Below, one piece after another: positions 32,582 to 44,653 of a stretch of DNA of 64,000 nt. The notes beneath the pieces were generated by a model. That model saw nothing but the letters and a program-made list of their open reading frames with translations, was not told the origin of the DNA and made no database searches. A program made the translations under genes and the position numbers. Position 1 is the stretch's first letter. Every line of letters begins with the position of its first letter. This DNA is from an uncultured Acetobacterium sp. (lineage in GTDB: Bacteria; Bacillota; Clostridia; Eubacteriales; Eubacteriaceae): NCBI GenBank assembly GCA_963664135.1, contig OY760905.1:1636736-1700735 (forward strand). Reading direction: 5' to 3'.

Positions 32582-32621
32582 CGAGTTTTACTCCCTTCAT
32601 CATCTTTGACGGGCTAGCAGG

Positions 32622-33158
32622 TTATTTACCTGTTTTACCTTCTTTACGTCGAATTACTTCGTCAGAATATCGTACCCCATGACCCTTGTAAGGTTCAGGT
32701 GGGCGTTTCGCTCGAATATTGGCAGCATGTGCACCAACGGCTTCTTTGCTAATGCCTTTAATAACGACTTTTGTATTTGTTTCCGGAACTGCTTCAACGC
32801 CTTCAGGATCTTCCATCTCAACGGGATGTGAATATCCTAAGTTCATCACTAATTTAGTTCCTTTTTTTTCTGCTCTATATCCTACTCCACTGATTTCCAA
32901 TGTTTTAGTAAAGCCAGTGCTTACTCCTGTAACCATGTTTTGAATTAAAGCCCGTGTTAAACCGTGAAGCGATTTATGCAGCTTGCTTTCAGATGGTCGG
33001 GTTACAACGACTTCGCTATCTTGAACATCGATGATGACATCAGGATGAAAAGTTCTAACGAGTTGTCCTAATGGACCCTTGACTGTCAAAGTTTGACCGT
33101 CTTTTTTAATGTCGACTCCTGGGAGGATCGCAACGGGTGCTTTTCCTATTCTTGACAT
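32622..33158 (-). CDS. rplF: 50S ribosomal protein L6
   Basis: MSRIGK, PEPYKG. Confidence 0.98.
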   Translation of the reverse strand: MSRIGKAPVAILPGVDIKKDGQTLTVKGPLGQLVRTFHPDVIIDVQDSEVVVTRPSESKLHKSLHGLTRALIQNMVTGVSTGFTKTLEISGVGYRAEKKGTKLVMNLGYSHPVEMEDPEGVEAVPETNTKVVIKGISKEAVGAHAANIRAKRPPEPYKGHGVRYSDEVIRRKEGKTGK

Positions 33159-33182
33159 CTTTTTACCTCCTGTCTTAATTTG

Positions 33183-33581
33183 TTACCAAACGTAACATAT
33201 CACTTCGCCGCCAACGCCGGCTTTTCTTGCTTTTTTATCGGTCATTACGCCTTTAGATGTTGATACAATGGCAATACCTAAGCCATTTAATACCTTTGGC
33301 ACATCGTCTTTACCAGCGTATACTCTCAGACCTGGTTTGGAGATTCTTTTAATGCCTGCAACGACACGACTTTTGTTTTCTCCGTATTTTAGTACAATTT
33401 TAATTACGCCTTGCTTTTCATCAGCAATGTAATCGACTTTAGTAATATAACCTTCTTCTAAAAGAATTTGAGCAATTGCTTTCTTTTCTTTTGAAGCAGG
33501 CATCTCAACTGTTTTATGACCTGCATCATTTGCATTTCTGATGCGTGTTAACATATCCGCAATAGGATCAGTCATAACCAT
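33183..33581 (-). CDS. rpsH: 30S ribosomal protein S8
   Basis: [21 protein letters not shown]. Confidence 0.98.
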   Translation of the reverse strand: MVMTDPIADMLTRIRNANDAGHKTVEMPASKEKKAIAQILLEEGYITKVDYIADEKQGVIKIVLKYGENKSRVVAGIKRISKPGLRVYAGKDDVPKVLNGLGIAIVSTSKGVMTDKKARKAGVGGEVICYVW

Positions 33582-33615
33582 ACTCGGTACCTCCTTTTCT
33601 TTGCTAGTGTGATTT

Positions 33616-33801
33616 TTACCAGCTTGCTTTTCTTACGCCAGGGATTTCGCCTTTATATGCTAATTCTCGGAAACATATACGACAAATGCCAAATTTTTGC
33701 AAAACAGAGTGTGGTCGTCCACAAATTCTGCATCGTGTATATTCCTGAGTCGAATATTTGTGTTTCCGCTGTTGCTTTTCTTTCATAGCTTTTTTTGCCA
33801 C
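33616..33801 (-). CDS. rpsZ: 30S ribosomal protein S14 type Z (Zn-binding)
   Basis: [15 protein letters not shown]; GTG start at 33801 after AGGAGG. Confidence 0.97.
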   Translation of the reverse strand: MAKKAMKEKQQRKHKYSTQEYTRCRICGRPHSVLQKFGICRICFRELAYKGEIPGVRKASW

Positions 33802-33814
33802 TGTACCGTCCTCC

Positions 33815-34357
33815 TTATGCTCTACTGAATGGAATGCCAAGCAGTCTTAACAGTTCGTGAGCTTCTTCATCAGTATTTGCCGTTGTGACAAACATGATAT
33901 CCATGCCTCGGACTTGTTCAACCTTGTCATAATCAATTTCAGGGAAAATGAGTTGTTCTTTTATACCAAAAGCATAATTACCGCGTCCGTCAAAAGATTT
34001 GTTGGACAAACCTCTGAAGTCACGTACTCGAGGAAGGGCAACGTTGAATAACTTATCTGTAAATTCGTACATACGATCACTTCTTAAAGTTACTTTCGCT
34101 CCAATGTTCATGCCTTCTCGGACTTTAAAGTTGGCAACTGACTTTTTCGCCTTTGTTATGACTGGTTTTTGACCAGCAATAATTCCAAGGTCAATCACTG
34201 CGGCTTCTAAAGCTTTAGAGTTGTCTTTGCAATCTCCTAAACCCATGTTGAGCACAACTTTTTCTAGTTTAGGAACTTCCATGATATTTTTATATTGAAA
34301 TTTCTCCATCATTGCTGGAATGACTTCTGTAAGAAATTTATCTTTTAATCTGGGCAT
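33815..34357 (-). CDS. rplE: 50S ribosomal protein L5
   Basis: [16 protein letters not shown]. Confidence 0.98.
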   Translation of the reverse strand: MPRLKDKFLTEVIPAMMEKFQYKNIMEVPKLEKVVLNMGLGDCKDNSKALEAAVIDLGIIAGQKPVITKAKKSVANFKVREGMNIGAKVTLRSDRMYEFTDKLFNVALPRVRDFRGLSNKSFDGRGNYAFGIKEQLIFPEIDYDKVEQVRGMDIMFVTTANTDEEAHELLRLLGIPFSRA

Positions 34358-34377
34358 ATTGGTCCTCCTTCCCGAAA

Positions 34378-34692
34378 TTAATTATTAAATGTTTCATTAC
34401 ATTTTTTACAAAATCTGACTTTATTTCCATCACTTAAAACTTTATGTCCGGTTCTAACACCCTTATCACATTTTGCACAGTAGAGTAACACATTAGAGGC
34501 TTCAAGTGCGCCTTCTTGTCGAATTATTCCACCTTGTTGCATTTGTTGTGTTGGTTTCTGGTGTTTAGTAACCATGTTTACATTTTCCACAAGGACTTTT
34601 CCATCTTTAGGATAAGATTGAATCACTTTTCCCTTTTTTCCTTTGTCCTTACCGGAAATTACCATTACGATATCATCTTTTTTAATATGCAT
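34378..34692 (-). CDS. rplX: 50S ribosomal protein L24
   Basis: [13 protein letters not shown] motif. Confidence 0.98.
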   Translation of the reverse strand: MHIKKDDIVMVISGKDKGKKGKVIQSYPKDGKVLVENVNMVTKHQKPTQQMQQGGIIRQEGALEASNVLLYCAKCDKGVRTGHKVLSDGNKVRFCKKCNETFNN

Positions 34693-34706
34693 CTTTCATT
34701 TCCTCC

Positions 34707-35075
34707 TTAAAGTACTTCAGGAGCCAAAGATACGATTTTCATGTATTTCTTGTCCCTTAACTCTCTTGCGACAGGTCCAAAAATACGTGTACCTTTTGGG
34801 TTTTTATCATCTTTTATAAGAACCGCTGCATTCTGGTCGAATTTGATGTAACTTCCATCGTCTCTTCTAATTCCGCTCTTTGTTCTAACGACAACGGCTT
34901 TAACAACGTCGCCCTTTTTAACATCGCCACCGGGTGCCGCACTTTTAACAGCACACACGATAATGTCCCCGATATTTGCGTATCGACGACCGGAACCACC
35001 AAGAACTCGGATGCACAGTAATTCCTTTGCACCGGTATTATCTGCTACTTTCAGTCTCGTTTCTTGTTGAATCAT
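34707..35075 (-). CDS. rplN: 50S ribosomal protein L14
   Basis: [28 protein letters not shown]. Confidence 0.98.
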   Translation of the reverse strand: MIQQETRLKVADNTGAKELLCIRVLGGSGRRYANIGDIIVCAVKSAAPGGDVKKGDVVKAVVVRTKSGIRRDDGSYIKFDQNAAVLIKDDKNPKGTRIFGPVARELRDKKYMKIVSLAPEVL

Positions 35076-35102
35076 CCGAAATACCTCCTTCCGCACATTG
35101 AC

Positions 35103-35360
35103 TTATAGTGCTTTTTCTACGATTTCTACTAATCTCCAGCGTTTGTCTTTGCTGAGTGGTCTTGTTTCCATTATTTTAACGGTATCACCGATATTACATT
35201 CGTTTTGTTCGTCATGGGCTTTGAACTTTACAGTGTGTTTCACTCGCTTTGAGTAAAGTGGATGCTTTACAAAACTTTCGACAGCTACAACAACGGTTTT
35301 ATCCATTTTATCGCTGGTCACTTTACCGATTCGAGTTTTTCTGTAACCTCTTTCTTCCAT
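35103..35360 (-). CDS. rpsQ: 30S ribosomal protein S17
   Basis: [17 protein letters not shown]. Confidence 0.98.
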   Translation of the reverse strand: MEERGYRKTRIGKVTSDKMDKTVVVAVESFVKHPLYSKRVKHTVKFKAHDEQNECNIGDTVKIMETRPLSKDKRWRLVEIVEKAL

Positions 35361-35388
35361 AAGCTAAACCTCCTTATCTATTGGTTTA

Positions 35389-35592
35389 TTATGCTTGATC
35401 CGACTTCATCGCACGTTCTTGCATAATTGTTTTGATCCGTGCATAAGTCTTCTTCACTTCTTTAATCCGCATTGGGTTTTCTAATTGACCAGTAGCATGT
35501 TGAAATCTCAGGTTGAATAATTCTTCCTTAAGATCTCCCAGTTTCGCTTCAAGTTCAATTGTTGTTAATTCTCTTAATTCACTTGGTTTCAT
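35389..35592 (-). CDS. rpmC: 50S ribosomal protein L29
   Basis: [14 protein letters not shown]. Confidence 0.97.
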   Translation of the reverse strand: MKPSELRELTTIELEAKLGDLKEELFNLRFQHATGQLENPMRIKEVKKTYARIKTIMQERAMKSDQA

Positions 35593-36029
35593 GCTTCATC
35601 ACCCACTTCTTGTGCTTCCTGATCTTTTCGAGTGATAAACTTCGTTTTGATCGGTAATTTATGTTGAGCAAGACGCATGGCTTCCCGAGCAACTTCCTCA
35701 GAAATCCCGGCAATCTCAAACATTACTCTTCCTGGTTTTACCACTGCAACCCAATACTCTGGAGAACCTTTACCGGAACCCATTCGAGTTTCTGCTGGTT
35801 TTTGTGTCACAGGTTTGTCTGGGAAAATTTTGATCCAAACCTGGCCACCTCTTTTAATATATCTGGTCATGGCGATACGGGCAGCTTCGATCTGATTAGC
35901 AGTAATCCATGCTGGCTCCAGTGCCTGAATAGCGAAATCTCCGTAAGTGATTTTGTTACCACGAAGCGCTTTTCCTTTCATACGACCTCTATGTTGTTTT
36001 CTACGTTTTACACGTTTAGGCATTAACAT
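35589..36029 (-). CDS. rplP: 50S ribosomal protein L16
   Basis: [15 protein letters not shown]. Confidence 0.98.
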   Translation of the reverse strand: MLMPKRVKRRKQHRGRMKGKALRGNKITYGDFAIQALEPAWITANQIEAARIAMTRYIKRGGQVWIKIFPDKPVTQKPAETRMGSGKGSPEYWVAVVKPGRVMFEIAGISEEVAREAMRLAQHKLPIKTKFITRKDQEAQEVGDEA

Positions 36030-36047
36030 ATGCGTTGGCCTCCTCTC

Positions 36048-36770
36048 TTAGTTTTCTGTCCTGTTAGTAGGAGCTTTGCGGCGTGTGCTTTTTTTAGCTT
36101 TCGCGTCGTCTTCAGCAGTTACTGCTAAAATATCTTCGCGGCCAGTTAAAATTTCGCCTTTATTGACCCAAACTTTTACACCTAGTTTACCATAGGTGGT
36201 ATCAGCTTCAGCAAAGCCATAGCTAATATCAGCTCGGAGGGTTTGAAGTGGAACTTGACCTTGGGCATAATGTTCGTTTCGTGCCATTTCAGCGCCGTTC
36301 AAACGACCTGCAACAGCAGTTTTAATCCCCTTAGCTCCAGCTCGCATGGTTCGTTGCATGGTTTGTTTCATTGCTCGTCGGAAAGAAATTCGTCGTTCCA
36401 GCTGAGCGGCAATGTTTTCTGCTACTAATTGAGCATCCATATCAACGTTTTTAACTTCAACGATGTTGATAAATACAGTTTTCTTGGTCATTTTTTCAAG
36501 TTCAAGACGTAAAGCATCGATACCTGCACCACCACGACCAATAATCATGCCTGGTTTTGCTGTATAGATATGAATCTTAACCTTGTTACCAAAACGTTCG
36601 ATGACAATTTTAGAAATGCCCGCCTGGTATTGATTTACTTTTATATATTTACGAATATCATGATCTTCAATTAAACAATCTGCAAAATCTTTGTTGTTAG
36701 CAAACCATTTTGCGTTCCAGTCCTTTATAACGCCAACTCTTAATCCGTGAGGATTGACTTTTTGACCCAT
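36048..36770 (-). CDS. rpsC: 30S ribosomal protein S3
   Basis: [17 protein letters not shown]. Confidence 0.98.
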   Translation of the reverse strand: MGQKVNPHGLRVGVIKDWNAKWFANNKDFADCLIEDHDIRKYIKVNQYQAGISKIVIERFGNKVKIHIYTAKPGMIIGRGGAGIDALRLELEKMTKKTVFINIVEVKNVDMDAQLVAENIAAQLERRISFRRAMKQTMQRTMRAGAKGIKTAVAGRLNGAEMARNEHYAQGQVPLQTLRADISYGFAEADTTYGKLGVKVWVNKGEILTGREDILAVTAEDDAKAKKSTRRKAPTNRTEN

Positions 36771-36781
36771 CTATGCCCTCC

Positions 36782-37117
36782 TTACTCTTTTTCTTTTAAT
36801 ACGGCTGTAATGTGAGACGATCTTTTTCGAATAATTGTCGCTCGTCCCTGTGCACCCGCTCTGAATCGTTTTAGTGTTGGACCCTGATTTGCATAAATCT
36901 GATCGATATATAAGTTTTCAGGATTCATGTTAAAATTATTTTCAGCATTTGCTAAAGCAGATTTAACAACTTTATCAATTATTTTCGCTGCTTTATTTGG
37001 TGTTAATGCTAGAATACTTAATGCTTCTCCAATGCTTTTGCCTCGAATTAAATCAGCCACTAACTTAGCCTTTCTGGATGAAACACGTACATATTTAGCT
37101 GTCGCTCTTGCTTCCAT
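36782..37117 (-). CDS. rplV: 50S ribosomal protein L22
   Basis: KSALANAENN, QGPTLKRF. Confidence 0.98.
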   Translation of the reverse strand: MEARATAKYVRVSSRKAKLVADLIRGKSIGEALSILALTPNKAAKIIDKVVKSALANAENNFNMNPENLYIDQIYANQGPTLKRFRAGAQGRATIIRKRSSHITAVLKEKE

Positions 37118-37136
37118 ATAGTATACCTCCTTCTGG

Positions 37137-37415
37137 CTATCTTAATTTAGATTTCTTTTCTCCAGCATGACCTCTAAAGGTTCTGGTTGGTGCAAACTCT
37201 CCAAGTTTGTGTCCTACCATATCTTCGGTAACATAAACTGGAACATGTTTTCTGCCATCATGAACTGCGATGGTGTGTCCTACCATTTGTGGGAAAAGTG
37301 TGGAGCTTCTAGACCAGGTCTTCAGCACATTCTTTTCACCTTTTTCATTCATAGCATCGATGCGTTTTAGTAACTTTTCGTCACAAAAAGGTCCTTTTTT
37401 TAATGATCTACCCAT
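37137..37415 (-). CDS. rpsS: 30S ribosomal protein S19
   Basis: [19 protein letters not shown]. Confidence 0.98.
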   Translation of the reverse strand: MGRSLKKGPFCDEKLLKRIDAMNEKGEKNVLKTWSRSSTLFPQMVGHTIAVHDGRKHVPVYVTEDMVGHKLGEFAPTRTFRGHAGEKKSKLR

Positions 37416-37456
37416 TATTCAACCTCCTCTCGGTTCGTTATCTTATGGTTGTATGC

Positions 37457-38290
37457 TTATTTTTTATTTCGTGATCTTACGATATATTTATCGGAAGGTT
37501 TATTTTTCTTACGTGTTTTATAACCAAGTGCTGGTTTACCCCAAGGTGTAACTGGGCCAGAACGTCCGATTGGGGCACGTCCTTCACCACCACCGTGTGG
37601 ATGGTCATTCGGATTCATAACAGAACCACGTACGGTTGGACGAATACCCATATGTCGGGTCCGACCCGCTTTACCAATACGGACATTCTGGTGATCCAGA
37701 TTTCCAACCTGGCCAATGGTTGCTCGACATTCAATTCGAACCAATCTCATTTCGCCTGAAGGCAAACGCAATGTTGCGTAATTTCCTTCTTTCGCCATCA
37801 ACTGAGCGCTAGCGCCAGCTGAACGAACCATTTGAGCACCTTTTCCGGTTTTCAGTTCAACACAGTGAACGGTTGTACCAACAGGAATATTTTTAAGTGG
37901 CAGACAATTACCAACGGTAATATCTGATTCTGGTCCAGAGAAAATAACATCTCCAACCTTTAACTTTAATGGTGCAATAATATAACGTTTTTCACCATCT
38001 GCATAGTGAACAAGTGCTATATTTGAACTTCTGTTTGGATCATATTCGATTCCGGCAATTTTTCCCGGAATGTTATCTTTATTTCTTTTGAAGTCAATAA
38101 TTCTGTATTTTCTTTTAGCTCCACCACCATGATGTCTAACGGTAATGCGTCCATATGCATTACGACCAGCATGTTTTTTAAGTGGCTTCAATAAGGATTT
38201 CTCAGGCTCATGCTTGGTGATTTCCTCGAATGTATTGACGCTCATATTTCTACGTCCTGGGGACGTTGGTTTATACTTTCTAATACCCAT
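37457..38290 (-). CDS. rplB: 50S ribosomal protein L2
   Basis: [20 protein letters not shown]. Confidence 0.99.
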   Translation of the reverse strand: MGIRKYKPTSPGRRNMSVNTFEEITKHEPEKSLLKPLKKHAGRNAYGRITVRHHGGGAKRKYRIIDFKRNKDNIPGKIAGIEYDPNRSSNIALVHYADGEKRYIIAPLKLKVGDVIFSGPESDITVGNCLPLKNIPVGTTVHCVELKTGKGAQMVRSAGASAQLMAKEGNYATLRLPSGEMRLVRIECRATIGQVGNLDHQNVRIGKAGRTRHMGIRPTVRGSVMNPNDHPHGGGEGRAPIGRSGPVTPWGKPALGYKTRKKNKPSDKYIVRSRNKK

Positions 38291-38345
38291 TAATCGCTAC
38301 CTCCTTTTTTTGTATGCTTCTCGGGTTGTAGTCTCGTTTGTTCGC

Positions 38346-38636
38346 TTATACGCCTTCGAAGAATTGGATACCCTTACTTCCAGGTGTTAACTTCACGATT
38401 GCTTTTTTCCAATCTGATCTTCGACCAACGAAACGTCCGGTTCTTTTCAGTTTGCCTTTCATATTCATGGTGCTCACTTTTTCAACTTCAACACCGAATA
38501 TGACTTCAACAGCATTCTTTATCTCAATTTTGTTCGCTCTCTTGTCCACTTTAAATGTGAATTTTTTCTCTTCTGCATCGGCCATACTACGTTCGGTAAT
38601 AATTGGCTTGATGATAATATCGCGAGGATTTTTCAT
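38346..38636 (-). CDS. rplW: 50S ribosomal protein L23
   Basis: [14 protein letters not shown]. Confidence 0.98.
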   Translation of the reverse strand: MKNPRDIIIKPIITERSMADAEEKKFTFKVDKRANKIEIKNAVEVIFGVEVEKVSTMNMKGKLKRTGRFVGRRSDWKKAIVKLTPGSKGIQFFEGV

Positions 38637-39256
38637 TATGCGTATACCTCCTCAATTTTTTGTAGTGATTCCTGAGTCATGATCAACACGTCATATTTCA
38701 ACATATCATATACGTTGAGTTCGTTGACAGTAGTTGTTGCAACCTTTGGAATATTGTTTGCAGAACGGATAATTGCTTCGTTGTTATCAGGAAGTACAAT
38801 CAAGGCTTTTTGAGCATTGATATTATTCAGTACTGCGATCATTTCTTTGGTTTTTGGAGCATCCATCACCAGTTGATTCAATACGCGCAGTTCATTATCC
38901 TGAGCCTTTGCTGAAAATACAGATTTCATCGCTAAGGCTTTAACTTTTTTGTTAACCTTTTTGCTATAATCTCTTGATTTTGGTGCAAAGATCACACCGC
39001 CGCCCTTCCATAATGGAGATCGGATGGTACCGGCACGAGCCCGGCCTGTTCCTTTTTGTCTCCAAGGTTTACGACCACCACCACGGACTTCTGATCGAGT
39101 CAAGGCGGAACGTGTTCCCTGTCGTCTATTTGCAAGCAGTGCTACCACTACTTCATGTACTACGTATTCGTTGGGTTCGATTCCGAAGATTCCTTCGCTT
39201 AATTCGACATCACCAACAACATTTCCTTTTACATCTAAAACGTCAATTTTAGGCAT
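38636..39256 (-). CDS. rplD: 50S ribosomal protein L4
   Basis: [14 protein letters not shown]. Confidence 0.98.
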   Translation of the reverse strand: MPKIDVLDVKGNVVGDVELSEGIFGIEPNEYVVHEVVVALLANRRQGTRSALTRSEVRGGGRKPWRQKGTGRARAGTIRSPLWKGGGVIFAPKSRDYSKKVNKKVKALAMKSVFSAKAQDNELRVLNQLVMDAPKTKEMIAVLNNINAQKALIVLPDNNEAIIRSANNIPKVATTTVNELNVYDMLKYDVLIMTQESLQKIEEVYA

Positions 39257-39285
39257 TTGATTTCCTCCTTTCAGGCTTGATTTTT

Positions 39286-39915
39286 TTATGCTTTAACGCT
39301 GCTTTTAATTGTAACAAGTGCTCCTCTAATGCCTGGTACTGCGCCTCTGATTAAGAGGACATTATTTTCAGCATCGACTTTAACAACTTCCAAATTAACT
39401 GCAGTTACATTTTTGTTCCCCATCTGGCCTGGAAGTTTCTTACCCTTGAATACTCTTGAAGGTGAAGAAGATGCTCCCATGGAACCTGGTCTTCGGTGAT
39501 ATTTGGAACCATGAGCCATTGGTCCTCTGGATTGGTTATGTCGTTTAATAACCCCCTGGAAGCCCTTACCTTTGGATTTTCCTGAAATATCAACTCGTTC
39601 GCCAGCTTCAAACACATCAGCCTGAATTAATTGACCGGTTTCATAACTTGCATAATCATCAAGTTTGAATTCCCGGATTACTTTTTTATATTCAACACTG
39701 TTTTTGTTATAGTGGCCTTTAAGTGGTTTCGTCATGAGACGTTCTTTTGCTTCACCATATGCCAATTGCAGTGCTTCATATCCATCCGTTTCGATGGTTT
39801 TCTTTTGAAGCACAACACAAGGGCCGGCTTCAACCACGGTCACTGGAATGACAGTTCCGTTTTCTGTGAAAATTTGGGTCATTCCAATTTTTCGTCCGAT
39901 AATCGCTTTTTTCAT
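39286..39915 (-). CDS. rplC: 50S ribosomal protein L3
   Basis: [22 protein letters not shown]. Confidence 0.98.
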   Translation of the reverse strand: MKKAIIGRKIGMTQIFTENGTVIPVTVVEAGPCVVLQKKTIETDGYEALQLAYGEAKERLMTKPLKGHYNKNSVEYKKVIREFKLDDYASYETGQLIQADVFEAGERVDISGKSKGKGFQGVIKRHNQSRGPMAHGSKYHRRPGSMGASSSPSRVFKGKKLPGQMGNKNVTAVNLEVVKVDAENNVLLIRGAVPGIRGALVTIKSSVKA

Positions 39916-39968
39916 TATTTCCTCCTAAATATCATTGGATTGCTGTGCAATCATAATACCAATGGGGT

Positions 39969-40277
39969 CTATAGTTTGATTTCTATATCAACGCCTGCTG
40001 GTAAGTTCAATCGCATTAATGCGTCTACGGTTTTTGGTGTTGGGTTTAAAATGTCAATCAACCGTTTGTGTGTGCGCATTTCAAATTGCTCTCTGGAATC
40101 CTTATACTTGTGCACTGCTCGAAGAATCGTGATGATTTCTTTGTCTGTTGGCAGTGGCACCGGACCAGATACGCTCGCACCTGTTCTCTTTGCTGTTTCA
40201 ACAATTCGTTCAGCCGATTGATCCAAAAGTTTGTGATCAAACGCTTTTAATCTGATTCTAATTTTTTGTTTTGCCAT
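39969..40277 (-). CDS. rpsJ: 30S ribosomal protein S10
   Basis: [21 protein letters not shown]. Confidence 0.99.
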   Translation of the reverse strand: MAKQKIRIRLKAFDHKLLDQSAERIVETAKRTGASVSGPVPLPTDKEIITILRAVHKYKDSREQFEMRTHKRLIDILNPTPKTVDALMRLNLPAGVDIEIKL

Positions 40278-40329
40278 ACCTAAATTTTACCTCCTTATCA
40301 ATTTTTACTCGTCATTTAGGTACTCCAAT

Positions 40330-40500
40330 CACTCGTCAACCCATCCGGGTGTTTCATCATTATTTTTTTTCGCAAAATGAACGTCTCATTTTGCAAAATC
40401 ACATGAATCTAAGTGATTGTCGTCCGATTCAAAGATCGTGACATACTCCATGGGAAAAACCTGCCTAAGGCGACAGCAACCTCTCACTTCATCGCTTGTG
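40330..40500 (-). promoter_or_regulatory. S10 operon structured 5' leader
   Basis: GCGATGAAGTGAGAGGTTGC, CCATGG and ACACCCGG segments recalled from Firmicute S10 leaders; boundaries approximate. Confidence 0.6.
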
Positions 40501-40514
40501 TGTCAACCTTTCAC

Positions 40515-40543
40515 ATTATACAAGAAAAAAACGCCTTTGGCAA
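40515..40543 (-). promoter_or_regulatory. Sigma-A promoter of S10 operon
   Basis: TTGCCA-17 nt-TATAAT. Confidence 0.75.
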
Positions 40544-40599
40544 GCGTTTTTTTAGATTTTACAACTATTTCTGCATTTTTTTCTGATTTAATATTTTGA

Positions 40600-41466
40600 T
40601 CACTTCAGTATCTCATCCGGCGGTGCATCCAGAAAATAAATCCCCGTTCCCTGTAACCCTAAATGAGCTGCCAAAACGCAACCTATCGGTACCGGTTCTA
40701 TTTTTTTTACCCCCATCAGTCGCAGGGCTTTTTCATAGTCCTCCACTGGTTTCATGGAGCCAGTGTAAGCAATCCCAACATTCTGATCAAGGTAATTAAC
40801 AATATTCTCAGCTGTTTTTTCGATCACTGCCTGTTGTGCTTTTTTATTTCCCCGAGACTTGCCAATAATTTTCAATTCGCCATCTTCAACCGAAACAATC
40901 GGATGAATCTTCAGGAATCCGCCCACGACTGCTGTTCCCTTGGAAACCCGACCGCCCATATAAAGCCAGTTCAGATCTTCAATACTAAAATAAAAATGGG
41001 CGTGGGGGATCAGTTTAACAGAAGCTTCCACTAAATAATCCAGGTCTTTCCCTTGATCGATCAGCTTCAATAATTCCACCGCAATAACGGCAATGCTTCC
41101 ACCGCTATGCAGACTATCAACGATCCGGCACTTAAAATTCGGATATTTTTCGAGGACGTCTTTTAAAATCAAACAAGCCGTTTCGTAACTCCCGGATAGT
41201 TTTGATGTAAAAGCCAGATAAAGACAGTCAACATTATTTTTAGCACAATCTTCGAAGTATTCCATGAAATCCCCTGGATTTACTTGAGATGTGGTGGGAA
41301 CAATTCCCTGCTCCATAAATTTATTCATGCCATCCAGATCGATTTCCCGTTTGTCCCGATATACTTTTCCTTCAATAATAACATTCAGGGATACCATATC
41401 CAAATTCGGGTGATTGATATATTCTTTTGGTAGATCACACATACTATCAACTAAGAGTCTAATCAT
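40600..41466 (-). CDS. DegV/FakB-family fatty-acid-binding protein
   Basis: DSMCDLP, PTTSQ, SKLSGSY, WLYMGGRV, HLG. Confidence 0.93.
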   Translation of the reverse strand: MIRLLVDSMCDLPKEYINHPNLDMVSLNVIIEGKVYRDKREIDLDGMNKFMEQGIVPTTSQVNPGDFMEYFEDCAKNNVDCLYLAFTSKLSGSYETACLILKDVLEKYPNFKCRIVDSLHSGGSIAVIAVELLKLIDQGKDLDYLVEASVKLIPHAHFYFSIEDLNWLYMGGRVSKGTAVVGGFLKIHPIVSVEDGELKIIGKSRGNKKAQQAVIEKTAENIVNYLDQNVGIAYTGSMKPVEDYEKALRLMGVKKIEPVPIGCVLAAHLGLQGTGIYFLDAPPDEILK

Positions 41467-41485
41467 TTCGAACTTCTTTCTAATC

Positions 41486-41863
41486 CTATTTCTTTGAGTC
41501 GCTATATTTTTTTTCGTAAATCGTCTGTATTTGATCTAAGCTTTCAAATATTTCTTCTCGGGTATAGTCTTGTTTCAGTAAATATTCGTCACTCATTTTA
41601 GCGATTTCCGAATAAACTTTTTCAGTCAATTTCAAATATTCAAGTTTTGAGTCTTTTTCAATTGTTTCAAACAAAATATTTTCAGCTTCGTTAATTTTAC
41701 CATCATAAATCATTTTCTGCAAACGGTAAAATAAATATTCTGCTTCGATGAATTCCCCTTGTTCGCCTTTGATTTCATATTTGAATTTTTCTTTTCTAAA
41801 CAGTCCAACAACAAATTTGGAAAAGTTCTCTATTTCCCGCATAAAAAAGTCTTTTTGGAACAT
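41486..41863 (-). CDS. DUF6483-like small helical protein
   Basis: MFQKDFFMREIE..INEAENILFE..DYTREEI; AT-rich. Confidence 0.65.
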   Translation of the reverse strand: MFQKDFFMREIENFSKFVVGLFRKEKFKYEIKGEQGEFIEAEYLFYRLQKMIYDGKINEAENILFETIEKDSKLEYLKLTEKVYSEIAKMSDEYLLKQDYTREEIFESLDQIQTIYEKKYSDSKK

Positions 41864-42017
41864 ATTGTCTACACTTTCTTTTTAATTAATCATACCACAA
41901 AAGATCGACGTTCTCTATCTAATCTGCCAATTACGGTTCCTCTATAATTACAATAGTCTCATTAAAAAAACCGCCCCCAAAAACAGGGCGGTTAAACATT
42001 ATTATTTATCGTATTTT

Positions 42018-43214
42018 TTATGCGTCAGCAAGCATTTTGGCAACAACACCAGAACCAACGGTTCGGCCGCCTTCACGAATTGCAAAACGTAAGCCTTCTT
42101 CGATCGCGATTGGCGTGATCAAAGTGATTTCCATTTGAACGTTATCGCCAGGCATTACCATTTCAACGCCTTCTGGTAATTTGATGATACCAGTTACGTC
42201 CGTTGTTCTGAAGTAGAACTGTGGTCGGTAGCCATCAAAGAATGGAGTATGACGTCCGCCTTCTTCTTTGGTTAATACATATACTTCTGATTGATAATGG
42301 GTATGTGGTTTGATGGAACCTGGTTTAGCTAATACTTGACCACGTTCGATTTGAGTACGGTCAACCCCACGCAGTAATGCGCCGACGTTGTCGCCTGATC
42401 GACCTTCGTCCAGTAATTTTCGGAACATTTCGATTCCGGTAACAACTGTTTTTCGAACATCATGGATTCCGACGATTTCAACTTCTTCGCCAACTTTGAC
42501 AATCCCACGTTCAATACGTCCGGTTGCAACAGTTCCACGGCCAGTGATTGAGAAAACATCTTCAACTGGCATCAGGAATGGTTTGTCGGTATCACGAACT
42601 GGATCTGGGATCCAGGTATCAACAGCGGTCATTAGTTCAACAATTTTGTCTCCCCATGGGCCGTCTGGATCTTCAAGAGCGCGTAACGCAGATCCGGCAA
42701 CGATTGGTGTATCATCGCCTGGGAAATCATATTCGTCAAGCAGTTCGCGAACTTCCATTTCGACTAATTCCAGTAATTCTTCATCATCGACCATGTCTAC
42801 TTTGTTTAAGAAAACAACGATGTATGGTACACCTACCTGACGGCTTAACAGGATATGTTCACGGGTCTGTGGCATTGGACCATCAGCAGCACTAACAACC
42901 AGGATCGCGCCATCCATTTGCGCAGCACCGGTGATCATGTTCTTAACATAATCGGCATGGCCCGGGCAGTCAACGTGAGCATAGTGACGAGCGGCAGTTT
43001 CATATTCAACGTGAGCAGTGGAAATAGTGATTCCACGTTCTCTTTCTTCTGGGGCTTTATCGATATTTTCGAATGCTACGGCTTCCCCGGTTCCAAATCG
43101 TTTATTTAATACAGATGTGATTGCCGCTGTTAATGTTGTTTTACCATGATCGACGTGACCAATTGTTCCAACATTTACGTGGGGCTTATTTCTTTCAAAT
43201 TTTGACTTTGCCAT
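42018..43214 (-). CDS. tuf: Elongation factor Tu
   Basis: [25 protein letters not shown]; terminator hairpin AACCGCCC/GGGCGGTT at ~41969-41993. Confidence 0.99.
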   Translation of the reverse strand: MAKSKFERNKPHVNVGTIGHVDHGKTTLTAAITSVLNKRFGTGEAVAFENIDKAPEERERGITISTAHVEYETAARHYAHVDCPGHADYVKNMITGAAQMDGAILVVSAADGPMPQTREHILLSRQVGVPYIVVFLNKVDMVDDEELLELVEMEVRELLDEYDFPGDDTPIVAGSALRALEDPDGPWGDKIVELMTAVDTWIPDPVRDTDKPFLMPVEDVFSITGRGTVATGRIERGIVKVGEEVEIVGIHDVRKTVVTGIEMFRKLLDEGRSGDNVGALLRGVDRTQIERGQVLAKPGSIKPHTHYQSEVYVLTKEEGGRHTPFFDGYRPQFYFRTTDVTGIIKLPEGVEMVMPGDNVQMEITLITPIAIEEGLRFAIREGGRTVGSGVVAKMLADA

Positions 43215-43284
43215 TTGTATTCTCCTTAAAAATCTAAAAATTATCGTGTTACTACTATGTCAAATTTAATTTATGATATAAAAA

Positions 43285-43360
43285 TGGAGCCCTCATCCGG
43301 ATTTGAACCGGAGACCCCCACCTTACCATGGTGGTGCTCTACCTACTGAGCTATGAGGGC
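43285..43360 (-). tRNA. tRNA-Thr(GGT)
   Basis: 76-nt cloverleaf, anticodon GGT, encoded CCA. Confidence 0.97.
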
Positions 43361-43373
43361 TTACTAATAAAAA

Positions 43374-43458
43374 TGGTGGGAGAAGATGGTTTCGAACCAT
43401 CGTAGACGTCGTCAACGGATTTACAGTCCGCCCCCTTTAGCCACTCGGGCATTCTCCC
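43374..43458 (-). tRNA. tRNA-Tyr(GTA)
   Basis: 85-nt class II cloverleaf; identical to 60292-60376. Confidence 0.97.
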
Positions 43459-43483
43459 ACTTGCTTATTAATTCAGCTTCTCT

Positions 43484-43512
43484 ATAATAGTTTGTTTTCG
43501 CTTTTTTGTCAA
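43484..43512 (-). promoter_or_regulatory. Sigma-A promoter of tRNA-Tyr/Thr-tuf
   Basis: TTGACA-17 nt-TATTAT. Confidence 0.75.
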
Positions 43513-43519
43513 CTGTTTT

Positions 43520-44125
43520 TTATAATCTTTTGCCGATTTTTTTACGGATTCGTTGTAAAGCATTATCAACTGATTTATTACTACAGTCAAGAACTCTTGA
43601 AATCTCATAATAGGATGCCCCTTGAATGTAGTATGAAAGGACTTTTTTTTCAAAACTGGACAGTTCCCGTTTAACATCAATCATCAGTTGTTCCAATTCT
43701 TCTTCTTTAATTAACTCTACGCCCGGTTCGACACTTTGTTTAGCTGCTAAACGATCAATAATGATATTCTGAGGTTCTTCTTCAGACACTGCCGCATAAA
43801 TCGAAACCGAATTATTTAAGGGCATATGTTTCTGTCGATTGGCAGAACTAATAGCCGTTTGGATTTGCCGTTCAATACAAAGGTTGGCAAAGGTCGCAAA
43901 CTGCGCCTCCCGATCTGGGCGAAAGTCCCAAATGGCTTTGAGCAAACCAATCATTCCCTCTTGGATCAGATCTTCATTGTCGCCACCGACAAGGTAATAG
44001 GATCGGGCCCGAATCAGCACATTTTTACGATATTTTTCCAACAGGAATTCTTCGGCTTCCTTATCTCCCTGCTGAGCGCGGTTGACTATTTCTGCTTCTG
44101 ATATTTTTTCATTGTTAATCTTCAC
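43520..44125 (-). CDS. sigH: RNA polymerase sigma factor SigH
   Basis: EDLIQEGMIGLLKAIWDF, KSVDNALQRIRKK; follows yacP. Confidence 0.93.
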   Translation of the reverse strand: MKINNEKISEAEIVNRAQQGDKEAEEFLLEKYRKNVLIRARSYYLVGGDNEDLIQEGMIGLLKAIWDFRPDREAQFATFANLCIERQIQTAISSANRQKHMPLNNSVSIYAAVSEEEPQNIIIDRLAAKQSVEPGVELIKEEELEQLMIDVKRELSSFEKKVLSYYIQGASYYEISRVLDCSNKSVDNALQRIRKKIGKRL

Positions 44126-44140
44126 TCTTTTGTCCTCGCA

Positions 44141-44653
44141 TTATTCTTTAATGCGCATTTTGTTAAATTGATCCAGGGTATCGGCATCCAAAAAATCACT
44201 GAGCTTAACCCCCTGTTTTTGCACACTTTTTTTCTTGTCATCTCGGAAATTTTTCAGGGTGGTTTCCATATCCTGGATCAACTCCCGCACTGGAACCCGC
44301 TCGGCCCCGTTGGCCAGTACCATTTGCTGTAAAGTAAAATCCGATGTCACGACCCGGACCGTGTAGGAGTTGGGCAGACTATAAACCAATTTTTCAATAT
44401 AGGTATCCGCAGTTTTATTTTTTTCCGTAAAAATCACTTTAATCCGACCAACCAGCTCTTCACGTTTTTCCAGTGATTGCTGCTGGTAGGCATCGAAAAC
44501 AAGGATGGTTTCCCACCCTTTGAATCCGCTATAGCCATTTAAATCATTAATCAGTTTTACTCGCGCCTCTTCCAGCTGGATTTCGGAAAGCCGTTTTAAC
44601 TCATCTGAACCATGAATGACATTATACCCATCCACAATTAATATGGTTTTCAT
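44141..44653 (-). CDS. yacP: YacP/Rae1-like NYN-domain endoribonuclease
   Basis: IVDGYNVI, TADTYIE, VVTSD. Confidence 0.92.
   Translation of the reverse strand: MKTILIVDGYNVIHGSDELKRLSEIQLEEARVKLINDLNGYSGFKGWETILVFDAYQQQSLEKREELVGRIKVIFTEKNKTADTYIEKLVYSLPNSYTVRVVTSDFTLQQMVLANGAERVPVRELIQDMETTLKNFRDDKKKSVQKQGVKLSDFLDADTLDQFNKMRIKE

Noticed and set aside
41925-41950. GGAACCGTAA resembling a purine riboswitch tail upstream of the DUF6483-like gene
   Set aside because: No P2/P3 loops or TTTCTACC-type junction
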